Positions 8,398 to 18,928 of a stretch of 46,937 nt of DNA are shown piece by piece. The stretch's first letter is position 1, and the number at the start of each line of letters is the position of its first letter. The DNA lies in NCBI GenBank assembly GCA_009691335.1, contig SICR01000003.1, forward strand, positions 1 through 46,937, in the 5' to 3' direction. The position numbers and the translations under genes are program-made. The notes under the pieces are model-generated. The model saw only the letters and a list, made by a program, of their open reading frames with translations. It ran no database searches and was not told the origin of the DNA. This DNA comes from Candidatus Zambryskiibacteriota bacterium. Lineage in GTDB: Bacteria > Patescibacteriota > Minisyncoccia > Phycocordibacterales > Zambryskibacteraceae.

Positions 8398-8435
8398 GAT
8401 TTATATGCTCCTCGGAGTCTGAACCTATCTCAAAC

Positions 8436-8509
8436 TGGCTGCCGGACTTGGACTCGAACCAAGATACTCGCCTCCAGAGGGCGATGTCCTACCATTAGAC
8501 GATCCGGCA
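8436..8509 (-). tRNA. tRNA-Gln(CTG)
   Basis: Cloverleaf with anticodon arm TCGCC-CTCTGGA-GGCGA, T arm GGTTCGAGTCC, encoded CCA. Confidence 0.96.
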
Positions 8510-8647
8510 ATTCTATTCAAGAATATCGGAAAGACGAGGCTTTTTCAATCTCATTTGATATATTCACGGTATATCTAAAGCCGTAACAGTTAGAGTTTGT
8601 ATTTCTGTTATAATGTCTGTTTGATAAAGGTCGTTTCGGTCATCCGC

Positions 8648-9658
8648 ATGAAAATCCCAGAAACCCGCTTCAAAATATCTAAGGCGAGGCTCTTTATAAG
8701 TCTCTTTGTTCTTCTGGGACTGGTAGTCTTTGTCTCAACTCAGTTCGGGGAGGCCAAGAAACTCCTTGTCCTTATCGGGAATGCCAAGTTCTCGTGGCTC
8801 TTGGTAGCTCTCGGGCTCCAAGTGGCCACTTATGTATGTGATGGGGCCAAGTGGCACATATCAATAAAACCAGGCGGCTATGGTCTCAAAATCGGTGTAC
8901 TGACCAAGATGTCCATCGAGCAGCTTTCCTTAAATCAATTTATCCCGTCAATTGGCATGGCGGGGAACGCTGTCGTGGCGCGAGAGATGCTCAATATTGG
9001 CGTACCAGCATGGGTAGTGGCCAAGGCCATGTCTATCGATATTTTGTCGTTGCTTGTTTCTTATGTCGTCATGACAGTTGTGGCAATATTTTTGTTAAAC
9101 AGCGTTGTGCCTATCTATATAATATGGTTTCTCTTGGCTTTTCTCGTCTTTATCACTTCAGTCACTCTGGGTTTCATTTATTTTATTTATAATCATCGGA
9201 CTCTGCGTATATTAAGTTGGTTAAAGCGCTTCAAAATGATACGGATCACCCTCGAGGTTATGTCCGATATCCCACGCGAAGAAGTGGCACCTGTGCAATT
9301 ATTTATCAAGGCAAGTATGCTGCGCTTGGCTATATTTGTCCTAGATGCTATCACTCTCTATGTCCTGATGCTTTCGATTGGTATACCAGTAACTCTCTCG
9401 GCCTCTTTCCTGGCATTTGTGGCAGGTTCAATAGGAGGAGTTGTTAGCTTTCTTCCTGGTGGTATTGGAGGTTTCGAGGGAGCTTGTACTTGGATACTGG
9501 TCCTGTTCGGCACTTCTCTCGAGGCCGCTCTGGCTGGCACGCTTCTGTTGCGTGGATTCGTCTTGTGGTTACCGCTTATACCGGGGCTTATATTTGCTAG
9601 ACGAGAACTCTTTCCCTATGAGCTCTTGAGAAATAGGGGAGAAAGGCAAGAAGATTAA
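8648..9658 (+). CDS. Lysylphosphatidylglycerol synthase TM-region / flippase-like (UPF0104) membrane protein
   Basis: Multi-TM protein with N.FIPS.G..G and PGGIGGFE motifs; start moved to ATG 8648. Confidence 0.85.
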   Translation: MKIPETRFKISKARLFISLFVLLGLVVFVSTQFGEAKKLLVLIGNAKFSWLLVALGLQVATYVCDGAKWHISIKPGGYGLKIGVLTKMSIEQLSLNQFIPSIGMAGNAVVAREMLNIGVPAWVVAKAMSIDILSLLVSYVVMTVVAIFLLNSVVPIYIIWFLLAFLVFITSVTLGFIYFIYNHRTLRILSWLKRFKMIRITLEVMSDIPREEVAPVQLFIKASMLRLAIFVLDAITLYVLMLSIGIPVTLSASFLAFVAGSIGGVVSFLPGGIGGFEGACTWILVLFGTSLEAALAGTLLLRGFVLWLPLIPGLIFARRELFPYELLRNRGERQED

Positions 9659-9712
9659 GTTTATAATACTGAAAGTACGAGTTCTTTTGAATTATATTGT
9701 AAAATAATATCA

Positions 9713-10342
9713 ATGGTAGTACAAAAGATTGCGCAAGAAATTTCTGGGTTAGAGCACAAAGAATGGCAATTGCTGAAGAGCCTCAATACTCCAGCTAAAG
9801 TCCAAGACTTTCTAAACTCCCTCAAATTTAATTTTGAGAAGAATGGAGAAACCCATCGCTCTGTCAGTGAAGTGCTCAAGAGCAATGAGGCCCACTGTTT
9901 TGAAGGAGCTTTGGTGGCTTCGGCCGCGCTTTGGATACAAGGCAGGAAGCCCATGCTTCTTGACCTAGTGACAGTACATCCGGACTTCGACCATGTGGTA
10001 GCTCTATTTAAAGAAGGGGAGTTCTGGGGAGCGGTTTCCAAAACTAATCATGGAGTATTACGTTACCGCGAACCCATATATAAAAGCATCAGGGAACTAT
10101 CTATGACATACTTCCATGAATACTTCTTATCCAATGGCAAGAAAACTTTGAGGAAATTCTCTAAACCATTTGATTTATCGCTCAATGCTGAATGGCTCAC
10201 AACAAGAGATAACTTAGCGTGGCTCGCGCACAAGCTGGACTGTTCTCCGCACTTCAATATTTTGTCCCCCAAGCAAATAAGAAATTTACGCAAAGCAGAT
10301 AAGGTTGAAATAGAAGTGGGAAATATCGTAGAATATAGATAA
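9713..10342 (+). CDS. Conserved hypothetical protein, transglutaminase-like Cys/His motifs
   Basis: AHCFEGAL, DHVVALFK, WGAVSKTNH and LRYREP segments. Confidence 0.7.
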   Translation: MVVQKIAQEISGLEHKEWQLLKSLNTPAKVQDFLNSLKFNFEKNGETHRSVSEVLKSNEAHCFEGALVASAALWIQGRKPMLLDLVTVHPDFDHVVALFKEGEFWGAVSKTNHGVLRYREPIYKSIRELSMTYFHEYFLSNGKKTLRKFSKPFDLSLNAEWLTTRDNLAWLAHKLDCSPHFNILSPKQIRNLRKADKVEIEVGNIVEYR

Positions 10343-10353
10343 CACTTACTCAC

Positions 10354-10644
10354 ATGGCATTCCATCATTTGCACGCACGCACGAGAGATTCGCATCCATC
10401 CTTAGACAAGGTGCTTTATCTATCCGGAATCATTTCTATCGGGATGATGATTCCACAATTGTGGCTCATATATGGAGAGAAGAATGCCGGAGGCATTGAG
10501 CCTATAACTTGGATCACGCTAGCAGTTCTAGATATTCCATGGATTATCTATGGGTTCGTCCAGAAGGAAAGACCTCTCGTATTCATATACACGCTCTGGC
10601 TTATCGTAAACACTCTGATATTTATCGGATCAGTACTTTACTAA
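10354..10644 (+). CDS. PQ-loop / SemiSWEET-like 3-TM transporter
   Basis: 96 aa; IPQL motif after TM1; W..YG motif. Confidence 0.75.
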   Translation: MAFHHLHARTRDSHPSLDKVLYLSGIISIGMMIPQLWLIYGEKNAGGIEPITWITLAVLDIPWIIYGFVQKERPLVFIYTLWLIVNTLIFIGSVLY

Positions 10645-10812
10645 AAACGCAAAACGCCTTCCTTGCGGTCGGCGTCTTGCTCCATAAGTATGCTCTCGGG
10701 CTTATAGTGTGTCAAGTGGAACCTGTGGATATCTCTAAACCCACAAAGTAACTGTCAAACATAACTTGGAACACAACTTGGGATAATTCCAAAACATGAC
10801 AATAGAATCCTC

Positions 10813-10856
10813 TACATCTATAAAACGCTATAGCGTTAGTTAGATGTATACGTTAT
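10813..10856. repeat. CTATAG-centred hairpin family B, divergent copy
   Basis: TACATCTA...CTATAG...TAGATGTA-TACGTTAT, same 44-nt geometry as 33959-34002. Confidence 0.55.
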
Positions 10857-10901
10857 TTAGTCACGGTCGTGAGAAGGTGACGTATTAAGAAATCAACTAA
10901 G

Positions 10902-12674
10902 TTAAACTCCCAAAATAACGGGAATCACTATGGGCTTCTTGGCTGTGCGCTGGAAGAGGAAGCGGGAGACGTCTTCTGTCACAGCATTCTTGGCATAGTC
11001 GAAGTTTATGGGGTTAGAACCTACGGTCATTTTCTCTATAGAATGTTTGATGATGTTGCGTGCTTCACTTAGAAGTTCTTGAGATTCGCGCAGGTAGACG
11101 AAGCCACGAGCGATGATGTCGGGGGACTTTTTCAATCTACCACTCCTGATGTTGATGAGAGCTATGATGACGAAGATGCCATCCTCGGCAAGCATCTTCC
11201 TGTCACGGATGACAACTTCCGATATGTCTCCGATAGAGAGACCCTCAACCACCATATCGTCCGAAGGAGCTTTCTCTGGAAGCTTCACGAAGGTATTGCC
11301 ATTGTCTCGTATTTCTATAATAGAACCATTGTCAGGGACAAGGATGTTCTCGCGAGGTCGTCCAAGCCTTTCTGAGAGTTCCGCATGCATCTTCAGCCTG
11401 AAGTGACTGCCATGTACGGGCATGAAGTATTTGTAAGGGATTTGCTTATGGATCCATTCTAGCTCGCCGCGCTTACCGTGGCCTGAGGTGTGCACATCTG
11501 AATCAAGATAAGTGATAATCTTGGCGTCATGACGGAAGAGATTGTCCTTGAGTTTGTCTACAGCTCGGTCGTTACCGGGAATAACGGAGGAGGAAAGGAT
11601 AACAGTGTCAGAACGCTGCAAGCGGACATACTTGTGAGTCTTGTTGGACATTCTCATGAGAGCGGCGAATTCTTCACCTTGGGCGCCAGTGGCAATCATC
11701 ATGATTTTGTTCGGAGGATATTTCTCAATATCCTCGATGGGCACGATATCCGAAGTATCGACAAGGTTGAGGTGCTTGATAATTTCAACATTATTCTTCA
11801 TACTCCTGCCTTCAATTAGAACTTTCTTACCGTAACGCTTGGCGCTTTTCAAGAATTCTATAATACGCTCAACTTGCGAAGCGAAGGTGGCGATGATGAT
11901 ACGGCCCGGAGCATCTCTGACGATAGCGTCAATGTTCTTCAATATGGAAGCCTCTGATGTAGAGAATCCCGGTTTGTCGATACCCGTAGAATCCATAGTA
12001 AGGAGCAGGATGTTGCGGTCTTTGAACATTGCGTATTGCTTGAATTCCTTTTCAACTGGAACACCGAGTTCATTCTCCACTCTGACATCGCCGGTGTTTA
12101 CGATATCGCCATAAGGAGTTTCGATAATGATGCCGGTTGAGTCTGGAATAGCGTGAGTCAAGCCGAAGAATCTCACCTTGAAATTGGGTGATATGGGAAT
12201 TGATTTGTCACCAGCATCCACAATACGAATATCTAGAGGTGGAAGATGAGGAAATTCGGCTTGACGCTTCTTAATAAGCAGGGCACCGAATTCTCTGGTA
12301 TAAATCGGTGGATTGCCGAGGCGGGTGATGAGGTAGGGGATGCCTCCGATGTGGTCGAGGTGACCGTGAGTGATAACTAGGGCACGTATCTTACTCTTCC
12401 TATCCTCCAAATACTTAGTGTTTGGTAAAAGGTAATCAATGCCAGGTGTATCGTCGTCTGTGAATTGGATACCAGCATCGACAACGATGATGTCATCGCC
12501 CATCTCAACCACGGTCATGTTCTTGCCGATTTCTTCCACTCCTCCAAGAGGGATAATGCGTAGAGCGTCTCCTATGGGAGGGATAATGTCTGCGGGCTTT
12601 TTGAGCGATATAGGAGCTTGGGTTCGGCGACGCATACTTTTATTTCGTAGGCCGGAAGAGAATGGGGAGTTCAT
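10902..12674 (-). CDS. rnj: Ribonuclease J
   Basis: LGGVEEIGKN, THGHLDHIG, HAIPD, FASQVER, HTSGH, PVHG; C-terminal P.VIPVI. Confidence 0.97.
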   Translation of the reverse strand: MNSPFSSGLRNKSMRRRTQAPISLKKPADIIPPIGDALRIIPLGGVEEIGKNMTVVEMGDDIIVVDAGIQFTDDDTPGIDYLLPNTKYLEDRKSKIRALVITHGHLDHIGGIPYLITRLGNPPIYTREFGALLIKKRQAEFPHLPPLDIRIVDAGDKSIPISPNFKVRFFGLTHAIPDSTGIIIETPYGDIVNTGDVRVENELGVPVEKEFKQYAMFKDRNILLLTMDSTGIDKPGFSTSEASILKNIDAIVRDAPGRIIIATFASQVERIIEFLKSAKRYGKKVLIEGRSMKNNVEIIKHLNLVDTSDIVPIEDIEKYPPNKIMMIATGAQGEEFAALMRMSNKTHKYVRLQRSDTVILSSSVIPGNDRAVDKLKDNLFRHDAKIITYLDSDVHTSGHGKRGELEWIHKQIPYKYFMPVHGSHFRLKMHAELSERLGRPRENILVPDNGSIIEIRDNGNTFVKLPEKAPSDDMVVEGLSIGDISEVVIRDRKMLAEDGIFVIIALINIRSGRLKKSPDIIARGFVYLRESQELLSEARNIIKHSIEKMTVGSNPINFDYAKNAVTEDVSRFLFQRTAKKPIVIPVILGV

Positions 12675-12708
12675 AAGTTAGATAAGTTAGATAAGTTTAA
12701 TAAGTTAG
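12673..12708. repeat. Tandem 9-mer repeat (ATAAGTTAG) x4
   Basis: Three exact copies and one variant fill the intergenic space between the binding-protein gene and rnj. Confidence 0.9.
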
Positions 12709-14462
12709 TTCAGGAAGATTTGCCAGATTTTATCCGTCTCGATATACCAGTTTCGTATAGAGATAAATCTGTCTTGAGAAACCGCCAGCGACCCCAAGGT
12801 GACAGCCTTTAGTTTGTCAGGCACGAGATACAAGAAACTTGGAGAGTAAAGGAAGACTGCTGGCACATCTTTCCCAAGCTCAGCTTGGAAGGCTTTGTAA
12901 CTCTTCTCTGCCGCGACAGAGTCGTTTGAGCTCCTAGCTTCTTCGAGGAACTTGTCGGTGCGAGGGTTGGCATAAAGAGCGATATTGAGGCCCGGGTCAT
13001 TTCTCTGAGAAGAATGCCAGAAGGGATAGAGATCGGTGTCTCTCCCAACCACTTCTCCAAACAAGAGTGCGTCGAAGTGTCTCGGACGAATAACGCTTTG
13101 GTTCAGCTCACCAGTCTCAAAGACTAAAAGTTCAATCTTCGCTCCAAGCTTGCTCCATGTATTTACCAGTTCCTCCGCGACTTTGCGGAGTTCCGGCGCG
13201 TCACCAGTAGAGATAGAAAACGACAAACTCATTGTATCCTTTCCTAATTTTTTTTCAAGTATTCTTGTGCTTTCATTTAATTTCCAACCGGCTTTCAAGA
13301 GAATTTCTTTGGCTCGCGTGACATTCTCTTCGTCAGTTGAACTTGCAGTAGATGCAGCTGCCCATGAGTAAACGCCTGCTGGTAATGGACCTTCAATACT
13401 AGTACCATAACCACCGAGAATTGTGGTTACGATGTATTCCTTAGGAGCACTCTCGTTTAGAGCTTGGCGAACTTCTTTTTGTAGAAGAACCTTTGACTTA
13501 CTTTGGTTGAAAAAGACAGCAAATATGCGTGGAAGAGGTGACTGGATGATATTGCCACCCTTGATATGTAGGGTAGAGAGTTTTTCCGGAGAAATACCGC
13601 TAAGACTCTCCACATCGCCCTTGTTGTAAGCTTCCACCAATGATGCTTCTGATGGATAGAAGCGGAAGACGAGATTTTTTATATAAGGTTCTTGACCCAA
13701 TGTGTCCTTAAAAGGCTTGAATTTATAATAATCCGGTATACCGCCTTGGTTTCTCTCAACCCTTTCTACCTGATAAGGGCCCGAGCCGACTGGTAGAGTA
13801 TTGAACTGGCTGAAGGAGAATTCGTCGTCACTGACATTCTTCCAAATATGCTTTGGCAAAATACCAGTGGTCAAGTTGTAGATGAATGGTGTGTACGCTT
13901 TCTTCAAAGTGAACTTAACAGTTCTGTCGTCTACTTTCTCCATAGTCACACCTTCCCAATTACCGCGCTTTGGACTCTTTATAATAGGGTCAATAATCTT
14001 GCCTATGGTAAATATAATGTCGTCGGCTGTAACAGGGGTGCTGTCGTGGAAGAGGGCATTATCGTCTAAAGTGACGGTATAAACCTTTTTATCATCTGAA
14101 ATGGAAATTTCCGCTGCCAGGTCATTTTCTGCTTCGCCTTTGGCATTTAGACGCACCGGGCCTGAATAAACCAGAGTGGTTAAGTTTTTGTCCGCCTCAG
14201 AAAGGGCCAATACCGGATTGATGAAACGCGGATTGCCGACCACTCCTTCTATAAGAGTGCCACCCTTGATAGGAACGCTTGTGAGGTAAGCTTCGCTGAC
14301 ATTCCAAACTAGAGAAACTCCGGAGAGGATAAATAGAGTGGTAAAGAAATAGAAAACAGTTTTTTCTGCGTGGGTAAATGAATTAATGGCGCGCCGGATG
14401 GCGTATTCTTTCGGAATATTGAAGCGTCTCCGTAGGAGAGCCTGAATCTCTTTGTAGCGCAT
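12705..14462 (-). CDS. Peptide ABC transporter substrate-binding protein (family 5, OppA/DppA-like), TM-anchored
   Basis: FHDSTPVTADDIIFT, PVGSGPY, VRQAL, FWHSSQ; no permease genes adjacent. Confidence 0.9.
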   Translation of the reverse strand: MRYKEIQALLRRRFNIPKEYAIRRAINSFTHAEKTVFYFFTTLFILSGVSLVWNVSEAYLTSVPIKGGTLIEGVVGNPRFINPVLALSEADKNLTTLVYSGPVRLNAKGEAENDLAAEISISDDKKVYTVTLDDNALFHDSTPVTADDIIFTIGKIIDPIIKSPKRGNWEGVTMEKVDDRTVKFTLKKAYTPFIYNLTTGILPKHIWKNVSDDEFSFSQFNTLPVGSGPYQVERVERNQGGIPDYYKFKPFKDTLGQEPYIKNLVFRFYPSEASLVEAYNKGDVESLSGISPEKLSTLHIKGGNIIQSPLPRIFAVFFNQSKSKVLLQKEVRQALNESAPKEYIVTTILGGYGTSIEGPLPAGVYSWAAASTASSTDEENVTRAKEILLKAGWKLNESTRILEKKLGKDTMSLSFSISTGDAPELRKVAEELVNTWSKLGAKIELLVFETGELNQSVIRPRHFDALLFGEVVGRDTDLYPFWHSSQRNDPGLNIALYANPRTDKFLEEARSSNDSVAAEKSYKAFQAELGKDVPAVFLYSPSFLYLVPDKLKAVTLGSLAVSQDRFISIRNWYIETDKIWQIFLN

Positions 14463-14466
14463 TGTG

Positions 14467-14691
14467 TTAGCGGTTGAGAAGAAGTGGAGCGAACACGGAG
14501 AGGGTGAAAAGGATGCCTATCAAGATAGTGCCGATAAAAAGGGTCTTTTCAAACCCGCGGCGCATGAAGCGTCCTCCAGTAGCGTTATCAGAGCCGAAAC
14601 CGGCCCCAAGACCTGCCTCTGAGCGTTGTAGTAGCACTCCTACGATAAGAAGGATACTTAAAATAACTTGGATATATGGAAGATAAACCAT
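14467..14691 (-). CDS. secG: Preprotein translocase subunit SecG
   Basis: VLLQ...GLGAGFG...RRG.EK.L; two TM helices. Confidence 0.92.
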   Translation of the reverse strand: MVYLPYIQVILSILLIVGVLLQRSEAGLGAGFGSDNATGGRFMRRGFEKTLFIGTILIGILFTLSVFAPLLLNR

Positions 14692-14851
14692 TGTCTGTCT
14701 CTTGTTGCTAGAGTATAGTACCCCAGTTTCCCTAGATAAGCAATCAACAGATATACTCTTGAGGTATAAACATAAACGGAAATAGACCTATTTCCCCAAT
14801 TCAATAATTTGTGTAGAATCTCTGATAGAAACCTTGAAAGTGAGGTGATAA

Positions 14852-15325
14852 GTGCTCAAAGTCTTCCGTGTTCTGGTATTTGTCTGCGTCTTCGTCGCCA
14901 CGATGGCACTCTGGGCAGCTCTGCTCCTCGGGACAACTATCTTCTTGATTGTCCGCTGGGTTGTGAAGTCGAGATTCCAAACACCAGAAGAGACCATCGT
15001 TCTCCGGCAGGTGCCTGTGGTACCTGCCGGAGTCGTGGAATTGTGTGAATGCTTTAAGCATGGGTACTACCTGTTCTCTGGTGGCTCAAGAAGTCTTGAA
15101 TTCTGTTCGCGAGAAGGGGCGACACAAGAACTCAAACGGTTCTCGGCTGGCAAAGATGATTGCATCCTTCTGGCGGAAGAAATGGCTAAGCTAGACATTC
15201 TACCAGAGAGTGATGACGAGGTTGGTGAGTTGATTCGACTGACTCGCTTCAACATCAATGTTGAAATACTTATGGGTGAGTGCTATGACGATTCGTCGGG
15301 AACAAGTCTGTACAAGTGTCACTGA
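14852..15325 (+). CDS. Orphan protein with N-terminal TM segment
   Basis: GTG start with SD GAGGTG (14842-14847), -10 TAGAAT (14814-14819), hairpin downstream. Confidence 0.6.
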   Translation: MLKVFRVLVFVCVFVATMALWAALLLGTTIFLIVRWVVKSRFQTPEETIVLRQVPVVPAGVVELCECFKHGYYLFSGGSRSLEFCSREGATQELKRFSAGKDDCILLAEEMAKLDILPESDDEVGELIRLTRFNINVEILMGECYDDSSGTSLYKCH

Positions 15326-15340
15326 TGCCACGATTTATAC

Positions 15341-15381
15341 AATGGCGTCCTATGAGAGGATAACTCTGATAGGACGCCATT
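15341..15381. terminator. Stem-loop downstream of the orphan gene
   Basis: AATGGCGTCCTAT...ATAGGACGCCATT 13-bp perfect outer stem; weak U tract. Confidence 0.6.
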
Positions 15382-15419
15382 TGAATTTATTGGCCTATTC
15401 TGGTATAAAGTTGGCATCT

Positions 15420-15737
15420 ATGAATAAGAAAATAGCACCTCTAGGTGATAGGGTTCTAGTGAAGCCTTTTACAGAAGAAGATCTGAGAAAGGGTGACAAG
15501 AAGTCTTCTTTGAAGTTAATTCTCCCCGAATCAATGACCAAGGAGAAGTCGGCTCAGGGGAAGGTTTTGGCCGTCGGCCCCGGCAAGCATATTGATGGCA
15601 AGCTTGTTCCGATATCTCTCAAAGTTGGAGACACTGTAATCTTTTCTAAATACAGTTATGACGAAGTGGAGCAAGATGGCGAGGAATTATATTTATTAAA
15701 AGAAGACAATATTCTAGCGGTAATAAAAAATGGCTAA
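15420..15737 (+). CDS. groES: Co-chaperonin GroES
   Basis: PLGDRVLV, GKVLAVGPG, KVGD.VIFSKY, EDNILAV; start moved to ATG 15420. Confidence 0.96.
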   Translation: MNKKIAPLGDRVLVKPFTEEDLRKGDKKSSLKLILPESMTKEKSAQGKVLAVGPGKHIDGKLVPISLKVGDTVIFSKYSYDEVEQDGEELYLLKEDNILAVIKNG

Positions 15738-17391
15738 GAAAATTCTATTTGCAGAGGAAGCACGGGGAGCGCTCAAACGAGGTGTAGACGCCGTGGCCAA
15801 TGCCGTCCGTATTACTATCGGTCCTCGTGGTAGAAATGTTGTCTTGGACAAAGGTTACGGTTCGCCAACTATTACAAATGATGGTGTGACTATTGCCAAA
15901 GATATTACTCTCGCCGATAAGTTTGAAAATATGGGCGCCGAGATTGTCAAAGAAGTGGCTTCCAAAACCAATGATTCTGCCGGTGACGGCACCACTACTT
16001 CGGTTGTCCTTACTCAAGCCCTGGTTGAAGCCGGGTTTAGGAAGACTTTGACCGGTGCCAATTCTATGGCTATTCGCCGTGGTATTGAGTCGGCAACTCA
16101 TGATGCTGTTGATGCCTTGAAGAGAATGGCCAAGCCTATAAAGAGCGATGCTGAGGTCAGACAAGTGGCCACCATTTCTGCTGAGTCGGAAGAGATAGGG
16201 ACCATCATTGCCAACACTATAAGGAAGATTGGGAAGGATGGTGTTATCACAGTGGAGGAGTCTCAGTCGTCTGGTATTGAGTCGGAAATTGTCGAAGGAA
16301 TGGAATTCGATAAGGGTTATATCTCTCATTACTTCGTGACTAATCCGGAGAGAATGGAGGCAGAATACCGCGAGCCAAATATTCTCATCACTGACAAGAA
16401 AATATCCACTATTAAGGAAATCATTCCGCTTTTAGAAAAGTTGGCCGCTACTGGCAAGAAAGATTTGGTAATCATTGCTGATGATGTTGATGGGGAAGCA
16501 TTAACCACTTTCGTACTCAACAAGCTTCGAGGCTCATTTAATATATTGGCTATCAAGGCTCCTGGCTATGGAGATAAGAAGAAGGAATTATTAGAAGATA
16601 TCGCTGTAACAGTTGGGGCCAAGGTAATCTCGGACGATACAGGCCTTAATTTCGAAAAGACGGAGCTCAACATGCTCGGTAGTGCATCACGCATCGTTTC
16701 TACCAGAGATAAAACTATTATCGTTGGTGGCAAAGGCAAGAAGGCTGAGATTGAAGCTCGAGTCGAAAGCTTACGCATTCTACTTGGAAGCTCAACTTCC
16801 AAGTTCGACGCGGAGAAGCTCGGCGAACGCATAGGCAAACTCACTGGCGGAGTCGCGGTTATCAAAGTTGGTGCAGCGACAGAAACCGAGATGAAGTATC
16901 TCAAATTGAAGATTGAGGACGCAGTCAACGCCACTAAGGCCGCAATTTCTGAAGGTATCGTCGTCGGAGGAGGAAGCGCATTGGCAAAAGTTTCTAAAAA
17001 GCTCGAGATTAAATACAAAGAATCCAAAATTGCCAAAAAAGCTCAGGAAAGCGTCGATACGGCCGAGTTCTTCGCTGGCTATATGTCAGTTATAGAAGCG
17101 CTCAAGGAACCTCTTAAGCAAATTGCCAAGAATGCCGGTCAAGATGAGGGTGTGGTGGTAAATGAGGTACTCCGTGGTGGAGCAAGTTCCGGATATGACG
17201 CACTTAGTAATAAGTTTGTCACCGATATGTTTGAAGCCGGTATCATAGACCCTCTCAAAGTTACTCGCGCCGCACTAGAGAATGCCTCATCCGCGGTGGC
17301 CATTCTTCTCACTACCGAAGTGGCTATCGCCGACGAACCAGAGAAGGAGAAATCTTCAGCGTCACACAATCATGGTGGTATGGATTACTAA
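15730..17391 (+). CDS. groEL: Chaperonin GroEL
   Basis: [36 protein letters not shown]. Confidence 0.99.
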   Translation: MAKKILFAEEARGALKRGVDAVANAVRITIGPRGRNVVLDKGYGSPTITNDGVTIAKDITLADKFENMGAEIVKEVASKTNDSAGDGTTTSVVLTQALVEAGFRKTLTGANSMAIRRGIESATHDAVDALKRMAKPIKSDAEVRQVATISAESEEIGTIIANTIRKIGKDGVITVEESQSSGIESEIVEGMEFDKGYISHYFVTNPERMEAEYREPNILITDKKISTIKEIIPLLEKLAATGKKDLVIIADDVDGEALTTFVLNKLRGSFNILAIKAPGYGDKKKELLEDIAVTVGAKVISDDTGLNFEKTELNMLGSASRIVSTRDKTIIVGGKGKKAEIEARVESLRILLGSSTSKFDAEKLGERIGKLTGGVAVIKVGAATETEMKYLKLKIEDAVNATKAAISEGIVVGGGSALAKVSKKLEIKYKESKIAKKAQESVDTAEFFAGYMSVIEALKEPLKQIAKNAGQDEGVVVNEVLRGGASSGYDALSNKFVTDMFEAGIIDPLKVTRAALENASSAVAILLTTEVAIADEPEKEKSSASHNHGGMDY

Positions 17392-17535
17392 TTATTAAAT
17401 ACTCTAAAGTAATATATGGGGTAATCCTATGTAGTTTGTTGTAATCCTATTTCAGGAACATTACACTGGAAAATAAGTTGTTACACAGAAGATAAATTTT
17501 ATTGTATAATCGGGCTACCTAACTAATATAAAAAT

Positions 17536-18093
17536 ATGAAAAAAGGATTAATCGCACTTATTGCTATCGTAGTCGTATTCGTAATTTGGGGATTTTCTGG
17601 CTATAACAGCTTGGTTACGCTCAATGAGAATGTAGATGCAGAATGGTCTAAGGTTGAGACGCAGTATCAGAGACGCTTTGACTTAATTCCAAACTTAGTC
17701 AATTCGGTGAAGGGTATTCTTACTCAGGAGCAGACCATATTTGGAGACATCGCGGATGCTCGTACTCGCTACGCCGGTGCAACAACTCCAAACGACAAGG
17801 CCGCCGCGGCTAGTCAGGTAGAAAGCACTCTTGGTCGTCTACTTGTCATTATGGAGAATTACCCTCAGCTCAACTCTTCGGCCAATGTTGCCGATTTGAT
17901 GACGCAACTTGAAGGGACTGAGAATCGTATTAGCGTTGAACGCATTCGTTTCAACGATGCAATACGTGCTTACAACACTACTATCAAGCGTTTTCCGAAA
18001 AATCTCTTGGCAGCTGTTACAGGATTCAGTGAACGAGCATACTTTGAAGCAGTTACTGGTGCAGAAACGGCTCCGTCTGTAAATCTTGAATAA
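17536..18093 (+). CDS. lemA: LemA family protein
   Basis: YQRRFDLIPNLV, ENYPQL, LEGTENRISVER. Confidence 0.96.
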   Translation: MKKGLIALIAIVVVFVIWGFSGYNSLVTLNENVDAEWSKVETQYQRRFDLIPNLVNSVKGILTQEQTIFGDIADARTRYAGATTPNDKAAAASQVESTLGRLLVIMENYPQLNSSANVADLMTQLEGTENRISVERIRFNDAIRAYNTTIKRFPKNLLAAVTGFSERAYFEAVTGAETAPSVNLE

Positions 18094-18094
18094 A

Positions 18095-18928
18095 ATGATG
18101 CGACGGTCATTTGTCGCTCTGTTTATTATCTACTGTTTATTATCTACTAGTGTTTTCGCTTATGTCTCTCCCGGTAATCCCACTGGACATGTCAATGACT
18201 TTGCCACGATTCTCAAACCCGAAACAATTTCTAGTTTAGAAACCACGCTCTCTAACTTTGGACGAGAAACCAGCCACGAAATATCGGTAGTGACGGTTCC
18301 TACACTTGGCGATGAGACCATTGAGACCTATGCCGAGAAACTTTTCCAAGAATGGGGTATTGGCAAAGAGAAGGAAGACAATGGCTTACTTCTACTAATT
18401 GCTCCGACGGAACGAGTGACGCGAATAGAGGTTGGGTATGGACTAGAGGGTGCTGTAACAGATATAGAGAGTGGGAGAATTATTAGAGAAATACTTACAC
18501 CTGCATTCAAGGCCGGCGACTTCGACGGCGGAATAACTCAAGCTGTAAATATGCTTGTGGGATTGATTAAGGGAGAAATTATGCCGGATAATTCTTCTCC
18601 CACAGCGATAGATTGGTCGCGTTGGTTCCCTTACTTTTTCTTCTTCTTAGCTTATCTTGGAGCGATACTGGCTCGATCTCAATCTTGGTGGGCTGGAGGA
18701 ATTATCGGGGGAGTTTTGGGTATTGCATTTTTCTCCGGAATTATTTATATAACAATATGTGCGATTGTTGGTTTGATCTTAGACTTTGTAGTCTCGCGTG
18801 CTTATCAGACGAGTAAGGTCAATGGAGTAAATCCTCCTTGGTGGATCGGTGGGGGTGGTGGGAGTGGCGGATTCGGAGGATTTGGTGGGGGAATGTCTGG
18901 CGGAGGCGGAGCAAGTGGGAGATGGTAA
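18095..18928 (+). CDS. TPM-domain membrane protein with Gly-rich tail (YgcG-like)
   Basis: WGIG.E..DNG.LLL, RIEVGYGLEG, C-terminal GGGMSGGGGASGRW; follows lemA. Confidence 0.93.
   Translation: MMRRSFVALFIIYCLLSTSVFAYVSPGNPTGHVNDFATILKPETISSLETTLSNFGRETSHEISVVTVPTLGDETIETYAEKLFQEWGIGKEKEDNGLLLLIAPTERVTRIEVGYGLEGAVTDIESGRIIREILTPAFKAGDFDGGITQAVNMLVGLIKGEIMPDNSSPTAIDWSRWFPYFFFFLAYLGAILARSQSWWAGGIIGGVLGIAFFSGIIYITICAIVGLILDFVVSRAYQTSKVNGVNPPWWIGGGGGSGGFGGFGGGMSGGGGASGRW

Noticed and set aside
10700-10800. Replication origin in the intergenic region after rnj
   Set aside because: Only one imperfect DnaA box (TGTGGATAT); no box cluster and no dnaA/dnaN nearby.
14801-15061. Antisense and alternative-frame ORFs over the 14852 orphan
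   Set aside because: Only the 14852 frame has an SD, a TM segment and a downstream hairpin; the others look like shadows.
15258-15419. N-terminal extension of GroES and a CIRCE operator
   Set aside because: The extension overlaps the orphan gene and a hairpin, and homology starts at 15420. No TTAGCACTC-N9-GAGTGCTAA is present.
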